Shown piece after piece: positions 1 to 10,463 of a stretch of DNA of 36,364 nucleotides. The stretch lies in the NCBI GenBank assembly GCA_964610205.1, contig CAZSVI010000022.1:1-36364 (forward strand). The letters are read 5' to 3'. Origin of the DNA: an uncultured Oscillospiraceae bacterium. GTDB lineage: Bacteria; Bacillota; Clostridia; DSM-8532. Position numbers and translations under genes: made by a program. Numbering within the stretch: the stretch's first letter is position 1; each line of letters begins with the position of its first letter. A model generated the notes under the pieces. The model was not told the origin of the DNA. It did not search any database and saw nothing but the letters and a program-made list of their open reading frames with translations.

Positions 1-493
1 GTTTCCATACTATACGCCTTACATCTATTTTTAGTTCATTACCATGATGAACATGGTTATCAATGGCCGCCGACAGTAAATTGTTAGCACTGGTGACTGC
101 ATGCATATCTCCTGTAAAATGGAGGTTAATATCTTCCATGGGAACCACCTGGGAATAACCGCCGCCGGCAGCTCCCCCTTTTATACCCATAACCGGACCC
201 AGGGAGGGTTCTCTAAGGGCTATGGCCGCTTTCTTGCCAAGCTTCGTCAGAGCCTGTCCCAACCCTACTGTGGTTGTTGTTTTTCCTTCGCCTGCGGGAG
301 TAGGATTTATGGCTGTTACCAGAACAAGCTTTCCATCCTCCCTGTTACAGGCTTTTTCGTAAACAGACAGCTTCAGTTTAGCCTTGTAATCGCCGTATAG
401 TTCCAAATCTTCTTTTTTAAGACCAAGGGCTGCGGATATATTCTCAATCGGTTTTAAGTGTGCTTTTTGGGCAATTTCTATATCTGTAAGCAT
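1..493 (-). CDS. fhs: formate--tetrahydrofolate ligase, N-terminal ~164 codons; gene continues beyond window start
   Basis: Minus-strand translation from ATG(493) gives [16 protein letters not shown]...[29 protein letters not shown]...[40 protein letters not shown], the hallmark FTHFS N-terminus and P-loop. SD AAAGGA lies 8 nt upstream. Absent from the ORF track only because the ORF is truncated by the window edge. Confidence 0.85.
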   Translation of the reverse strand, partial: MLTDIEIAQKAHLKPIENISAALGLKKEDLELYGDYKAKLKLSVYEKACNREDGKLVLVTAINPTPAGEGKTTTTVGLGQALTKLGKKAAIALREPSLGPVMGIKGGAAGGGYSQVVPMEDINLHFTGDMHAVTSANNLLSAAIDNHVHHGNELKIDVRRIVWK

Positions 494-882
494 ATGCATC
501 ATCCTTTCGTGAATAATTGTACCAGATTGAGGGTGGAAAATACAAGTAAGATAAAAGGTCTGTCTTGCAATTACCTCCGTTTTTATAACGAGGCTTAAAA
601 TGGCTTGAAGTCCGGTGTAGATTTTTGAAAAACATGAGCATATCTTTATCGGATGCTTTTGCCTCGATATGCATGAAAAAAGATTTATTGGAAATAATAT
701 TAAAGCGTATTATATTTGAAATGTCAGAGCCCATTTCAATATGTTTAGTCGCATAATATGACAGTTACCGCAAAAATTAACTTATTACTGCCTGGACTAA
801 TGGACATAGGTGAAAATGGAAGAAAAACAACAGTATTTTGAAGAAATTTCGGCCAATCGTTGAAAATATTCATTAAAATACT

Positions 883-911
883 TGACAGAACTAAGCATAC
901 CGGAGTATAAT
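883..911 (+). promoter_or_regulatory. sigmaA-type promoter P1 upstream of veg (TTGACA-17-TATAAT)
   Basis: TTGACA at 883-888 and TATAAT at 906-911 with 17-nt spacing. Confidence 0.55.
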
Positions 912-922
912 AATTAATTTTA

Positions 923-950
923 TTGACACTGCTATGAAATTTGTGGTATA
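923..950 (+). promoter_or_regulatory. sigmaA-type promoter P2 of veg (TTGACA-16-TGgTATAAT, extended -10)
   Basis: TTGACA at 923-928 and TGgTATAAT at 942-950. Tandem strong promoters are a known feature of Bacillus veg. Confidence 0.6.
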
Positions 951-980
951 ATGTCAAAGACAAAAGAAGAGGTGATTGGT

Positions 981-1241
981 ATGGTTGAGAAAAACACTCT
1001 CGTTCAGATCAAGAAGGAGATGGAATCTTGTATTGGTAAAAGAATCCAGTTAAAAGCGAACAAAGGAAGAAAGAAAACATTCGTAAAAGAGGGCATTTTA
1101 GAATGTACGTATCCCAGTATCTTTACAGTTCGTTTTGAAAATGATTTTAAAAATGTTCGAAAAGTATCATACAGCTATACCGATGTTTTAACCAATACCG
1201 TTGAAATTAAAATTTGTGGCAACAGCAAAATGATTATCTGA
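981..1241 (+). CDS. veg: Veg protein (biofilm/sporulation-associated small DNA-binding protein, DUF1021)
   Basis: MVEKNTLVQIKKEMESCIGKRIQLKANKGRKKTFVKEGILECTYPSIFTV...VSYSYTDVLTNTVEI matches the Veg family over its full ~86 aa. The ATG at 981 is preceded by AGAAGAGGTGA. The track start at 951 lies inside the -10 element and is too early. Confidence 0.85.
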   Translation: MVEKNTLVQIKKEMESCIGKRIQLKANKGRKKTFVKEGILECTYPSIFTVRFENDFKNVRKVSYSYTDVLTNTVEIKICGNSKMII

Positions 1242-1303
1242 ATCAAGCCATATCGGTTGGTGTTATAAGTCATAAAATACTGAGAAATCAGAAAATAATC
1301 AAA

Positions 1304-1327
1304 AGCCCGGTAATGCCGGGTTTTTGA
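1304..1327 (+). terminator. rho-independent terminator after veg
   Basis: GCCCGG-taatg-CCGGG stem-loop followed by TTTTT. Confidence 0.7.
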
Positions 1328-1400
1328 TTATTCGGAAATTGCTATATAAATGTAAGTTGAACTAAGTAAATGCAGTGGGAAAACAGAACCGGAGGATGAC

Positions 1401-1751
1401 ATGGTTAAAAAAATCAATAATATGAAAACAGAAATCAGGGAAAAAATGCGTGGCGGAAAGGGAAACGTTAAGCTTCTTCATATTCTGAACAAGGAGGAGA
1501 TGAAGGGGAAGGTTCGTCTTCTCGCAAAAATTGCTCTGAATCCGGGTTGCTCTATCGGGACGCATGAGCATATTGATGAGGAAGAAGCTTATTATATCTT
1601 AAAGGGAAAAGGAATGGTAAATGATAATGGAACGGAACGGAATGTATCTGAAGGAGATGTCATATTAACAGGTGACGGAGCGTCCCATTCCATAGAAAAT
1701 ACAGGGGATGAGCCTTTGGAATTTATCGCTGTTATTATGCTGTATACGTAA
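1401..1751 (+). CDS. cupin-domain protein
   Basis: 116 aa with SD GGAGG 8 nt upstream. His-containing barrel motifs GTHEHIDEEEAYYILKG ... GDGASHSIENTGDEPLEFI are typical of cupin_2. Confidence 0.7.
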   Translation: MVKKINNMKTEIREKMRGGKGNVKLLHILNKEEMKGKVRLLAKIALNPGCSIGTHEHIDEEEAYYILKGKGMVNDNGTERNVSEGDVILTGDGASHSIENTGDEPLEFIAVIMLYT

Positions 1752-1802
1752 GATGGTTCTAATTCGTGCAACGGTTTAATTTTTATATTGAAGAGGGAAA
1801 AT

Positions 1803-2981
1803 ATGTCATTTACATTCACACATACGCCGGATGTTTATTTCGGAGCAGGGAAAATAAAAGTTCTGTCAGATATTTTGGCGGCAAAAAATTCCCGGAATGT
1901 TCTCCTTATTTCCGGAGGTTCCTCATTCAAAAGGAGCAGTCAATATGAATGGTTGAATAATGAGCTAACCCAATGCGGTATCCCCGTATATGCTGTAACG
2001 GTAACGGGAGAACCTTCTCCTGACCTTATTGACTGTACTGCTGCAAAGTACCGGGATAGAGGTATTGATATGGTAATAGCTGTTGGCGGCGGGAGTGTTA
2101 TTGATGCGGGAAAGGCCATATCCGCCATACTTACACAGAATGAACCGGTTATGATGTTCCTTGAGGGCACAAAGGAAGGTAGGAAGCATAACGGCAAAAA
2201 GGTTCCCTTTATTGCCATACCAACGACATCAGGTACAGGGAGTGAAGCGACAAAAAATGCGGTATTAGGCCGTATTGGTGAAAATGGATTTAAAAGCTCA
2301 TTAAGGCATGATAACTTTGTTCCTGATATAGCTATAATAGATCCCGAATTAACTGTAACCTGTCCGCCAAATGTCACGGCTTCCAGCGGTATGGATGCTC
2401 TTTGCCAGCTTATAGGTTCATATATGTCAGCAAAAGCCGGTCCGATTACAGATGCTCTGGCACTTGATGGAATTGAAAAGGTAAGGGACTCTTTAGAAGC
2501 CGTTTGTACAAATGAACCTGACAATATCGAAAAAAGAGCCAGGATGTCATATGCGGCTTTTATATCCGGTATAACCCTTGCCAATGCGGGACTGGGCGTG
2601 GTTCATGGGTTTGCTTCCGTTATAGGAGGGCTTTTCAGTATTCCTCATGGGGTAATATGCGGAACGCTGCTTCCTGAGGCTGTCAGGGTAAATATTAGTG
2701 AACTTGCTCAAAATAAAACCGATAATGCTCTTTGCCTGTATAAATACGCCAGAATTGGTGAAATACTAACCGGAACCAATGCAGTTGGTATAGAAAAGAA
2801 ATGCTTTGTTCTGATTGATTATCTGGATAATCTGAAAAGAAAGCTCAATCTTCCCGGGCTTGGAAGTTTTGGTGTAACGGAACGTCATGCTCATATCATT
2901 GCCGGTAAAGCTTCAAACAAAAACAATCCCGTAAAGCTTAATGAAGAACAGCTAAAGCAAATAGTTATAAACTGCCTTTAA
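1803..2981 (+). CDS. iron-containing alcohol dehydrogenase family protein
   Basis: GGGSVIDAGKAI and PTTSGTGSE motifs, 392 aa. The ATG at 1803 is preceded by GAAGAGGG. The track's TTG at 1788 is less likely. Confidence 0.85.
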   Translation: MSFTFTHTPDVYFGAGKIKVLSDILAAKNSRNVLLISGGSSFKRSSQYEWLNNELTQCGIPVYAVTVTGEPSPDLIDCTAAKYRDRGIDMVIAVGGGSVIDAGKAISAILTQNEPVMMFLEGTKEGRKHNGKKVPFIAIPTTSGTGSEATKNAVLGRIGENGFKSSLRHDNFVPDIAIIDPELTVTCPPNVTASSGMDALCQLIGSYMSAKAGPITDALALDGIEKVRDSLEAVCTNEPDNIEKRARMSYAAFISGITLANAGLGVVHGFASVIGGLFSIPHGVICGTLLPEAVRVNISELAQNKTDNALCLYKYARIGEILTGTNAVGIEKKCFVLIDYLDNLKRKLNLPGLGSFGVTERHAHIIAGKASNKNNPVKLNEEQLKQIVINCL

Positions 2982-3097
2982 TAATATCTCTGAAACAGTC
3001 GAACTTAGAACGAAAGCGATATATGCCGCTGCGTTTACTTTTATGTGTCACCCCTGAACAGTAACGTCGCGAGCCTTATGTCGTACTAAAATTCAGT

Positions 3098-3126
3098 TTG
3101 ACAGTATAATGCTATTATGGTATATT
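3098..3126 (+). promoter_or_regulatory. promoter of solo rpsR (TTGACA-17-TATATT)
   Basis: TTGACA at 3098-3103 and TATATT at 3121-3126. A ~75-nt leader before the rpsR SD could carry an autoregulatory structure. Confidence 0.5.
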
Positions 3127-3200
3127 AATTGAGTTGTAGTGCGCTTATATATAAAATTAAGTTTTGTGGAAATAGTTTTTTAGCGGAAGGAGGCATTGGA

Positions 3201-3500
3201 ATGATGTCGGATGCAAGAAAAAGAGACAGAGATAATAGAGATAACCGGGATAACGTTAATGATAAAAGAGGCGGAAGGCAGCTGAGAAGAAGAACCAGAA
3301 GGAAAGTTTGCCAGTTTTGTGTTGATAAGGTAGAACATATAGATTATAAAGATATTGGTAAGCTTAGGAAATTCCTTTCTGAAAAAGGGAAGATTCTTCC
3401 CAGAAGGATCAGCGGTAACTGTGCAAAGCATCAGCGCCAGATGACCACCGCTATCAAGCGGGCTAGACATATTGCACTTCTGCCATATACGACTGATTAA
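3201..3500 (+). CDS. rpsR: 30S ribosomal protein S18 (bS18)
   Basis: ...[68 protein letters not shown] is canonical bS18. Start ATG at 3201 follows GGAAGGAGG. An unusual Arg/Asp/Asn-rich N-terminal extension ([11 protein letters not shown]) is present. Confidence 0.9.
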   Translation: MMSDARKRDRDNRDNRDNVNDKRGGRQLRRRTRRKVCQFCVDKVEHIDYKDIGKLRKFLSEKGKILPRRISGNCAKHQRQMTTAIKRARHIALLPYTTD

Positions 3501-3506
3501 ACAGTT

Positions 3507-3539
3507 ACAGCCTATAGATAAGTCTATAGGCTGTATTTA
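3507..3539 (+). terminator. stem-loop terminator after rpsR
   Basis: ACAGCCTATAG-ataagt-CTATAGGCTGT hairpin followed by an A/T-rich run. Confidence 0.55.
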
Positions 3540-3713
3540 ACTCCCTTAATCTTTATGGGAAATTGGAAGCTTACATACCACCAGTGTTATAATCATATAG
3601 CGGCGTATTGTTTACAAACAGGCAAGTACACGCTGTGATAAAAGATTCTGTTTTAAAAAGGAGTACTTGAAAAACAGGATTATTAGGTTACATAAGAAGA
3701 AAGTGGTGGTATT

Positions 3714-4046
3714 ATGGTAAATAGTCTGGAGTTATCCAGAAACCTACGTATTGTGGAAACCCTGAAAAGTGAGCTGCTGGACGATATAGCGGGCTTGTAC
3801 GGGCATCTTGCCGACCCGGTACTGGAAGATACCCGGGAAGTCGCAGCAAAAACCCTGTCGGACATGATTGTCCTCAGTTATCTTTTAGGAAAGCGGCTGG
3901 GTGTGGATTATGCCATAATGGACAGGCATATCTCAAGAAAAATCCGACTTGGGCTAATCAATGAAAATGAAATTGAGAAATATTTCGGAGATTTATCCGA
4001 ACTGGCCCGATTGCGTTCCGGAGAAGCTCATACCCAGGGAGCATAA
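3714..4046 (+). CDS. small MazG-like / nucleotide pyrophosphohydrolase-like protein (uncertain)
   Basis: 110 aa, SD AAAGTGGTGG. Sits between rpsR and rplI, where Bacillus carries yybS-gdpP. The all-helical acidic sequence with E..E...D spacing resembles MazG-like family. No GdpP is present. Confidence 0.35.
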   Translation: MVNSLELSRNLRIVETLKSELLDDIAGLYGHLADPVLEDTREVAAKTLSDMIVLSYLLGKRLGVDYAIMDRHISRKIRLGLINENEIEKYFGDLSELARLRSGEAHTQGA

Positions 4047-4067
4047 AATCAAACCGGAGGGATGAAT

Positions 4068-4514
4068 ATGAAAGTAATTTTGAAGCAGGATGTAAGTAAC
4101 CTTGGAAAGAAGAACACTCTGGTTAATGTCAATGACGGATATGCGCGTAATTATTTGATTCCCAGAGGACTGGCGACAGAAGCAAGCGCCGGAGCGGTGA
4201 ATGAAATGAAAATGCGGGAAGATGCTGAAAAGACAAAAAAGGAAAAAGAGTTTTTCAATGCAAAAAAGCTTGCCGGAAAAGTAAATGGAATGACTATAAC
4301 ATTCTGCTCGAAAGCGGGAGATAACGGAAAGCTTTTCGGATCAATAACGAGTAAGGATATTGCCGAAAAACTGGAAAAAAACTATAATGTTCAGGTGGAC
4401 AGAAGGAAGATCGTTTTGCCGGAGGCCATTAAGTCCCTTGGCCTTCACGAGATAGAGGTTAAGCTTCATGCCGGTGTTGTGTCAACACTTAAAGTACAGG
4501 TTGTCAATGAATAG
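4068..4514 (+). CDS. rplI: 50S ribosomal protein L9 (bL9)
   Basis: MKVILKQDVSNLGKKNTLVNVNDGYARNYLIPRGLA is canonical bL9. ATG at 4068 follows GGAGGG. Confidence 0.92.
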   Translation: MKVILKQDVSNLGKKNTLVNVNDGYARNYLIPRGLATEASAGAVNEMKMREDAEKTKKEKEFFNAKKLAGKVNGMTITFCSKAGDNGKLFGSITSKDIAEKLEKNYNVQVDRRKIVLPEAIKSLGLHEIEVKLHAGVVSTLKVQVVNE

Positions 4515-4570
4515 GATTTCAGGATACAGATTTCAAGGAAAGAAAACTCCCTGAAAGGTGAAGATGTGCC

Positions 4571-5911
4571 ATGGATATTGGTTTACTTGACAAGGTACCG
4601 CCGCATAGTACAGAAGCGGAACAATCGGTGCTCGGGTCTCTCCTTCTGGATAAGGATCTATTACCCGATATTTCCGGGAAGCTTACAAGCGAAGATTTTT
4701 ATATGGAGCAGCACAGGGAAATCTATGAAGCTGTTCTCGATCTGTATGATCAAAGCAAGCCTGTTGACCTGATTACTGTTTCCGAACAATTAACAAAAAG
4801 AGGTACATTGCAGAAGGTAGGTGATATTGAGTATCTGTCAAACCTTGCCACCGCAGTTCCTACTACGGCAAATGCCCGGCATTATGCTCAGATTATTGAG
4901 GATAAATCCCTGTTAAGAAAACTCATCCAGGCCTCGAACCAGATACAGAAAAAAAGTTATGAGGCAGCCGAGGAAGCCATAGATATTCTGAGTGACGCTG
5001 AGAAATACATATATGATATAGTTCAGAACCGTAACCAGACAGGTCTGCTTCCTATCAGTGATGTTCTGGACTCAACTTTTTCGCGCCTGGAAGAGTTGTA
5101 TAACAATGCCGGTGAATTTACGGGAGTGCCCAGTGGTTTTGGCGAGCTTGACAGAAAAACGGCAGGATTCCAGAAATCCGATTTGATCCTGGTGGCAGCC
5201 AGGCCGGCTATGGGTAAAACCTCCTTTGCGCTGAACGTAGCAGCTTATGCCGCTATTCACAGACAGGTTCCCGTAGCCATATTCAGCCTTGAGATGGCCA
5301 GGGAACAGCTGGTAAGCCGTATTATTTCCCTGGAAGCGTTGGTGGATATGGAAAAAATGCGAAGCGGAAACCTGGAGGATGAAGACTGGAAAAAAATGGC
5401 GCATTCCTTGGGACCGTTATCAAAAGCGCCTATATATATTGACGATAACGCGGGTATCAGTGTAATGGAAATCATGTCCAAGTGCCGCAGGTTAAAAATG
5501 AGAAGAGGCCTGGGACTTATTATGATCGACTACCTGCAGCTGATGCAGGGAAGGAGGCGGACTGAAAACAGACAGCAGGAAATATCGGAAATCTCAAGAT
5601 CCTTGAAGATAATGGCAAAGGAACTGGAAGTTCCGGTAATGGCACTTTCTCAGCTAAGCCGTGCGCCAGAGGCCAGAACTACAAATCACAGACCTATTTT
5701 ATCGGATTTACGCGAGTCCGGCGCAATTGAGCAGGACGCCGATCTGGTCATGTTTTTATACAGGGATGATTATTATCATGAGGATAGTGAGAAGAAAAAT
5801 ATAACCGAGATAATAATCGCCAAGCATAGGAATGGATCGGTCGGGGCTATTGACCTGGCATGGATTCCGCAATACACTAAGTTCGGGAATCTTGACAGGG
5901 CAATAAGATAA
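4571..5911 (+). CDS. dnaB: replicative DNA helicase (DnaB family; dnaC in Bacillus nomenclature)
   Basis: N-terminal PPHSTEAEQSVLGSLL, Walker A GARPAMGKTSF, and a RecA-like C-terminal domain. Sits directly downstream of rplI as in Firmicutes. Confidence 0.92.
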   Translation: MDIGLLDKVPPHSTEAEQSVLGSLLLDKDLLPDISGKLTSEDFYMEQHREIYEAVLDLYDQSKPVDLITVSEQLTKRGTLQKVGDIEYLSNLATAVPTTANARHYAQIIEDKSLLRKLIQASNQIQKKSYEAAEEAIDILSDAEKYIYDIVQNRNQTGLLPISDVLDSTFSRLEELYNNAGEFTGVPSGFGELDRKTAGFQKSDLILVAARPAMGKTSFALNVAAYAAIHRQVPVAIFSLEMAREQLVSRIISLEALVDMEKMRSGNLEDEDWKKMAHSLGPLSKAPIYIDDNAGISVMEIMSKCRRLKMRRGLGLIMIDYLQLMQGRRRTENRQQEISEISRSLKIMAKELEVPVMALSQLSRAPEARTTNHRPILSDLRESGAIEQDADLVMFLYRDDYYHEDSEKKNITEIIIAKHRNGSVGAIDLAWIPQYTKFGNLDRAIR

Positions 5912-5970
5912 ATCCAATGCTGTGCATGCAGTTATGTTATACCTAAGACTTATTAAGGAATGAGCGAAAA

Positions 5971-7407
5971 ATGAAAGACTCGCTTATGAAAAAAGTAAAT
6001 ATGTGGGCGAAGGAAAATCTCGTTTTGCAACCCGAAACAACAATAGTGGCAGGTGTTTCGGGAGGAGCTGATTCTGTTTGCCTGTTGCATATACTGAATT
6101 GTATGAGACTGGAAAACCAGTTTTCCATTATTGCGGTACATGTCAACCATATGCTGCGGAGCGGGGAGTCTTTGCAGGATGAGAGTTTTGTTGAAAATCT
6201 CTGTACTGAATGGGGAATTCCGATAAAAATATACCGGAAGGACGTCAGGATTTTTTCGCAAAAGAACGGATACTCAATCGAAGAGGCCGGCAGAATTTTA
6301 AGGTATGAGTGTCTTCACCAGACGCTGGTTGAAGAAAATGCCCGGTATATTGCAGTTGCGCATCATATCCTGGATCAGTCCGAAACGATATTTATAAACC
6401 TTTTGAGGGGAAGCGGCCTGGATGGTCTTTGCGGCATGGAAGAAGTAAGGGGAAATATCATACGTCCGCTTCTTGCAACCGGTAAAGACGAAATAGAAGA
6501 TTATCTTAAAAGGAACAGACTTTGTTACAGGACAGACAGCAGCAATCTGGACAATTCCTATGTAAGAAATACTCTTAGGAACAGGTTGTTTCCTCAAATA
6601 CAACAGGAAACGGGTTTCTCTGTAATTTCATCCTTATTACGGACGTCACGGCTTCTTAAAACCGATCGCGATTATCTTAATGCGTTGGCGAATGAAAAAT
6701 ACAATACTGTTGTCATATCTGAAGAGAAAGATATGGTGATACTGAACCGAAGCGAATTTGCAGGTCTTAATGCGGCTATTTCAGGAAGAATTATCCGTAT
6801 GGCGTGGAGCAGGGTTACCGGAAGCCGAAAAGGTATTGAAGCCAAGCATGTGGATAGTGTTCTTGCGTTGGCCTCCAAAGAGGGAACAGGTAAAACCCTG
6901 GAGTTTCCGCAGGGAATTAAATTATATATTGAGTATAATCATTTGATTTTGTCAAAGCAGAGAACGGAACAGGCTGAAAATCCTGTTTGTATAAATCTTT
7001 CAGTACCATCCGATATTGAATTTCTTGATGGGAAAATATGTGTACGTGCCTGTTTGTATACAAGGAATGAATATGAGAAAGCCTTTGGAAAAATTGAAAA
7101 ACCTAAGGAAACCGGCTGCATTCAGCTTTTTGATTATAACAAGGTTTTAGAGGGAATAAATATCAGGAACAGACAACCCGGCGATATTTTCTTCCCATAC
7201 CACAGTCCGGGCAGGAAGAAACTGAAGAATTTCTTTATTGATGAAAAAATACCCCGGCAGAGAAGGAATGATATTCTTTTAGTCGCCGAAGACAGGAATA
7301 TATTATGGGTAGTCGGATACCGTACAGCAGATGGCTATAAAATAACAAAATCAACAAATACAATATTGTATATAGAAATATCAGGATTGGATAGAATTAA
7401 CTTTTAA
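5971..7407 (+). CDS. tilS: tRNA(Ile)-lysidine synthetase
   Basis: PP-loop SGGADS near the N-terminus, 478 aa, followed by hpt and ftsH as in the conserved Firmicutes operon. Confidence 0.85.
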   Translation: MKDSLMKKVNMWAKENLVLQPETTIVAGVSGGADSVCLLHILNCMRLENQFSIIAVHVNHMLRSGESLQDESFVENLCTEWGIPIKIYRKDVRIFSQKNGYSIEEAGRILRYECLHQTLVEENARYIAVAHHILDQSETIFINLLRGSGLDGLCGMEEVRGNIIRPLLATGKDEIEDYLKRNRLCYRTDSSNLDNSYVRNTLRNRLFPQIQQETGFSVISSLLRTSRLLKTDRDYLNALANEKYNTVVISEEKDMVILNRSEFAGLNAAISGRIIRMAWSRVTGSRKGIEAKHVDSVLALASKEGTGKTLEFPQGIKLYIEYNHLILSKQRTEQAENPVCINLSVPSDIEFLDGKICVRACLYTRNEYEKAFGKIEKPKETGCIQLFDYNKVLEGINIRNRQPGDIFFPYHSPGRKKLKNFFIDEKIPRQRRNDILLVAEDRNILWVVGYRTADGYKITKSTNTILYIEISGLDRINF

Positions 7408-7457
7408 AGTACGGATACTTTAATATCAGGATTATATTATGCAACGGAGGTAACTGC

Positions 7458-7973
7458 ATGAGTTTAAGAGTTTTAATAACAAGGGAGCAGCTGGAGAAAA
7501 AAACCAAGGAACTTGCAGATGCAATATCGCGTGATTATAAAGACAAGGAGCTCGTTCTTGTAGGTGTTTTAAAAGGCGGTTTTGTGTTTCTGGCCGATCT
7601 GGCAAGGAAGATTGCAATGGATGTTACAATCGATTTTATTTCAGTATCCAGCTATGGCAGTTCCACAGAATCCTCAGGTGTTGTGCGTATAAATAAAGAC
7701 ATTGATTCCGATATTACCGGCAAGCACATACTGATTGTGGAAGATCTGATTGATACCGGGCTTACTTTGAATTATTTGAAGGAGCTTTTTAATACAAAGG
7801 GCTGCGCAAGTGTTAAGCTTGTTGCTATAATGGATAAGCCCGAACGCCGTAAGGTGGATTTGAAAGCGGATTATTCAGGTATAGAAATTCCGGACGAGTT
7901 TGTTGTCGGATATGGGTTGGATTATGCCGGAAAGTACAGAAACCTTCCGGATGTTTGCGTAGTTGATGAGTAA
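7458..7973 (+). CDS. hpt: hypoxanthine phosphoribosyltransferase
   Basis: LVGVLKGGFVFLADL and VEDLIDTGLTL PRPP-binding motifs. SD GGAGG. Confidence 0.9.
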   Translation: MSLRVLITREQLEKKTKELADAISRDYKDKELVLVGVLKGGFVFLADLARKIAMDVTIDFISVSSYGSSTESSGVVRINKDIDSDITGKHILIVEDLIDTGLTLNYLKELFNTKGCASVKLVAIMDKPERRKVDLKADYSGIEIPDEFVVGYGLDYAGKYRNLPDVCVVDE

Positions 7974-8289
7974 TTAACAAAGCGCCGGTGTGTAATTAAT
8001 TAAGGGTTTATGGTAAAACAAGCGTTGTGTTTTATGGGTAATTGTGCTAATATAACAGAAAGTGAAGGCGTTGCTTTCAAAGGAATAGGAAGTAGTTGAC
8101 CGTGACTTCAATAATTGAATTTATTGATAGCCCCAACAGGAAATTCTCCGTAAACGGTCCTGTTGGTATTGAAAATAAAGGCGGAACTTAAGGGAATTTT
8201 TTAAAAGATATTTTAAAATTGAATTTTTTTGAGAAAAATAGTATCATCAGCATACTTTTGCGGTATTTTGCTGACAGGAGGTTGACTCA

Positions 8290-10248
8290 TTGAAAAATCT
8301 GCGGGGAATAAGTTTTTATATTATACTGTTTGTCATAATACTGATTATCATTGCGATGTGGAATGATTTCAATAATCCTGTGGTAATGAAGTACGGCCAG
8401 TTCAAGCATGAATTGGACGCGGGAAATGTAAAGAGCCTTCAGGTTCAAGGCCTTGATGCAGAGGTTATTTTAAAAAGTCCTTCCGGGGATTTAAAGGAAA
8501 ATGTTACGTACAAAACCAGTTTTTTATCTACCGAGCATATTGCTCAGGTTATTGATGACGCATTGGCTGAGGGAAAACTGAATGATGTGTATTATCCACC
8601 GGAGGCCAGAGCGCCGTGGTGGCTTACCATATTGCCTACTTTGGTGGTTGTCGCCCTGTTTATACTTTTCTGGGTATTCTTTATTCAGCAGTCCCAGGGC
8701 GGCGGCGGCAGCCGTGTTATGTCCTTTGGGAAGAGCAAAGCAAGAATGGCAACGGAAGACAAAATAAAAGTAAAGTTTGATGACGTAGCAGGAGCCGATG
8801 AAGAAAAAGAAGATTTGATGGAAATAGTGGAGTTTCTAAAAGAACCCCGGAAATTTGTGGAACTGGGCGCAAGAATTCCAAAAGGAGTTCTCCTGGTAGG
8901 ACCTCCCGGAACAGGTAAAACTCTTCTCGCAAAGGCAGTATCCGGTGAGGCCGGTGTTCCGTTTTTCTCCATAAGCGGTTCTGATTTTGTGGAAATGTTT
9001 GTTGGCGTTGGCGCGTCCCGTGTGCGCGATTTGTTTGAGCAGGCCAAAAAGAATGCCCCATGTATAATCTTTATTGATGAGATCGACGCGGTAGGCCGTC
9101 ACCGTGGAGCAGGCCTCGGCGGAGGCCATGATGAAAGGGAACAGACGTTAAACCAGCTTTTAGTTGAGATGGACGGGTTTGGTGTTAACGAGGGAGTTAT
9201 TATACTGGCGGCAACGAACCGTCCGGATATCCTCGACCCCGCGCTGCTTAGGCCTGGAAGGTTTGACAGGCGTGTTGTGGTTGGGCTCCCCGACATAAAG
9301 GGACGTGAGGAAATATTGAAAGTGCATTCCCGTGGGAAACCGCTGGGTAATGATGTTGACTTGAAGGATCTTGCCAAAAGCACTCCGGGCTTTACCGGAG
9401 CCGATCTTGAAAATCTATTGAATGAATCGGCCTTATTGGCGGCCCGCAAGGGAAAAAAGGAAATCACAATGGTGGAAATAAAAGAGGCTACCTTTAAAGT
9501 TGTTGTGGGTCCTGAAAAGAAGAGCAGGGTAATGAGTGAAAAAGAGAAGAATCTGACAGCCTATCATGAAGCAGGTCATGCCATTGCTGTTAAGGTTGCG
9601 TCTACTACAAACAAGGTGGATAGGGTTTCCATTATACCTTCCGGCCGCGCAGGAGGTTATACGGCGCATAAACCTGACGAAGATATTTCGTATCAAACAA
9701 AATCACAATTAATGGAGGATATTATTATATCCCTCGGCGGCCGCGCAGCGGAAGAACTGGTACTCGGAGAGGTCAGCACGGGGGCCTATAGTGATCTAAA
9801 GCATGCCAATGGTGTGGCCAGAAACATGATAACAAAATACGGTATGAGCGAGAGCCTTGAGAATTTGTTCTTTGGGGATGAAAATGATGAAATCTTCCTG
9901 GGCAAAAGTTATGGTCATGCCAAAAACTTTAGTGAAGAGATGTCTTCAAAAATCGATATAGAAGTAAAAAAGATTATATACGAGGCATACGGCAGAATTA
10001 AAACAATATTGAATGAAAATATGCAGCGTCTGCATGATATTGCACAGGCGCTTCTGGAAAAAGAACGTCTGGAAGGCTTTGAGTTTGAGAAAATTTTCAA
10101 GGAAGGCTATGTTCCGGAAGAAAAGAAAGAACCTGAACCTGAAAAGAAACAGGAATCTGAACAGAAACCAGAACCCGAATCCGAACCGGAGAAGGAACCG
10201 AAACAGATTCCAGACTCTGAATCCGAATCCGTATCAGAAAAAGAATAG
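8290..10248 (+). CDS. ftsH: ATP-dependent zinc metalloprotease FtsH
   Basis: TTG start 8 nt after GGAGG. Two TM helices, AAA Walker [12 protein letters not shown], and the HEAGH zinc site. The acidic low-complexity C-terminal tail ([25 protein letters not shown]) is encoded by imperfect GAACC(N) repeats. Confidence 0.95.
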   Translation: MKNLRGISFYIILFVIILIIIAMWNDFNNPVVMKYGQFKHELDAGNVKSLQVQGLDAEVILKSPSGDLKENVTYKTSFLSTEHIAQVIDDALAEGKLNDVYYPPEARAPWWLTILPTLVVVALFILFWVFFIQQSQGGGGSRVMSFGKSKARMATEDKIKVKFDDVAGADEEKEDLMEIVEFLKEPRKFVELGARIPKGVLLVGPPGTGKTLLAKAVSGEAGVPFFSISGSDFVEMFVGVGASRVRDLFEQAKKNAPCIIFIDEIDAVGRHRGAGLGGGHDEREQTLNQLLVEMDGFGVNEGVIILAATNRPDILDPALLRPGRFDRRVVVGLPDIKGREEILKVHSRGKPLGNDVDLKDLAKSTPGFTGADLENLLNESALLAARKGKKEITMVEIKEATFKVVVGPEKKSRVMSEKEKNLTAYHEAGHAIAVKVASTTNKVDRVSIIPSGRAGGYTAHKPDEDISYQTKSQLMEDIIISLGGRAAEELVLGEVSTGAYSDLKHANGVARNMITKYGMSESLENLFFGDENDEIFLGKSYGHAKNFSEEMSSKIDIEVKKIIYEAYGRIKTILNENMQRLHDIAQALLEKERLEGFEFEKIFKEGYVPEEKKEPEPEKKQESEQKPEPESEPEKEPKQIPDSESESVSEKE

Positions 10249-10262
10249 TATACGATAACAAA

Positions 10263-10291
10263 AACCAGAGGGAAAAATCCTCTGGTTTTTT
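10263..10291 (+). terminator. rho-independent terminator after ftsH
   Basis: CCAGAGG-gaaaaat-CCTCTGG followed by TTTTTT. Confidence 0.8.
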
Positions 10292-10345
10292 GCTGGAATT
10301 ATTAAGCTGGCAATTACATTTATTGATGGCATGAAGGCTTCTTGT

Positions 10346-10355
10346 GTGTTATAAT
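10346..10355 (+). promoter_or_regulatory. extended -10 promoter (TGtTATAAT) for the SPFH/Zn-ribbon gene
   Basis: TGTTATAAT sits ~110 nt upstream of the ATG at 10464, which follows AGGAGG. No good -35 element. Confidence 0.4.
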
Positions 10356-10463
10356 GTTCAGTGAAAAGCTATCTCTGCGTATGCCTGCATCAACTCGTTT
10401 ATGGCATTTTATTTTATGTAAGGAACAGAACCGATTATTATATTTCGTTAGGAGGAAAAACAC

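Noticed and set aside
101-400. 99-aa plus-strand ORF at the window start
   Set aside because: Lies antisense within the well-supported fhs N-terminal coding region.
444-963. Two minus-strand ORFs (96 and 72 aa) in the fhs-veg intergenic region
   Set aside because: They overlap the veg tandem promoters and the fhs RBS. A/T-rich with no RBS. More likely promoter DNA.
1940-2584. 214-aa minus-strand ORF inside the Fe-ADH gene
   Set aside because: Antisense to a gene with canonical Fe-ADH motifs.
8685-9696. Several 87-122-aa minus-strand ORFs inside ftsH
   Set aside because: Antisense to a highly conserved AAA+ protease gene. Pro/Arg-rich and low-complexity. No RBS.
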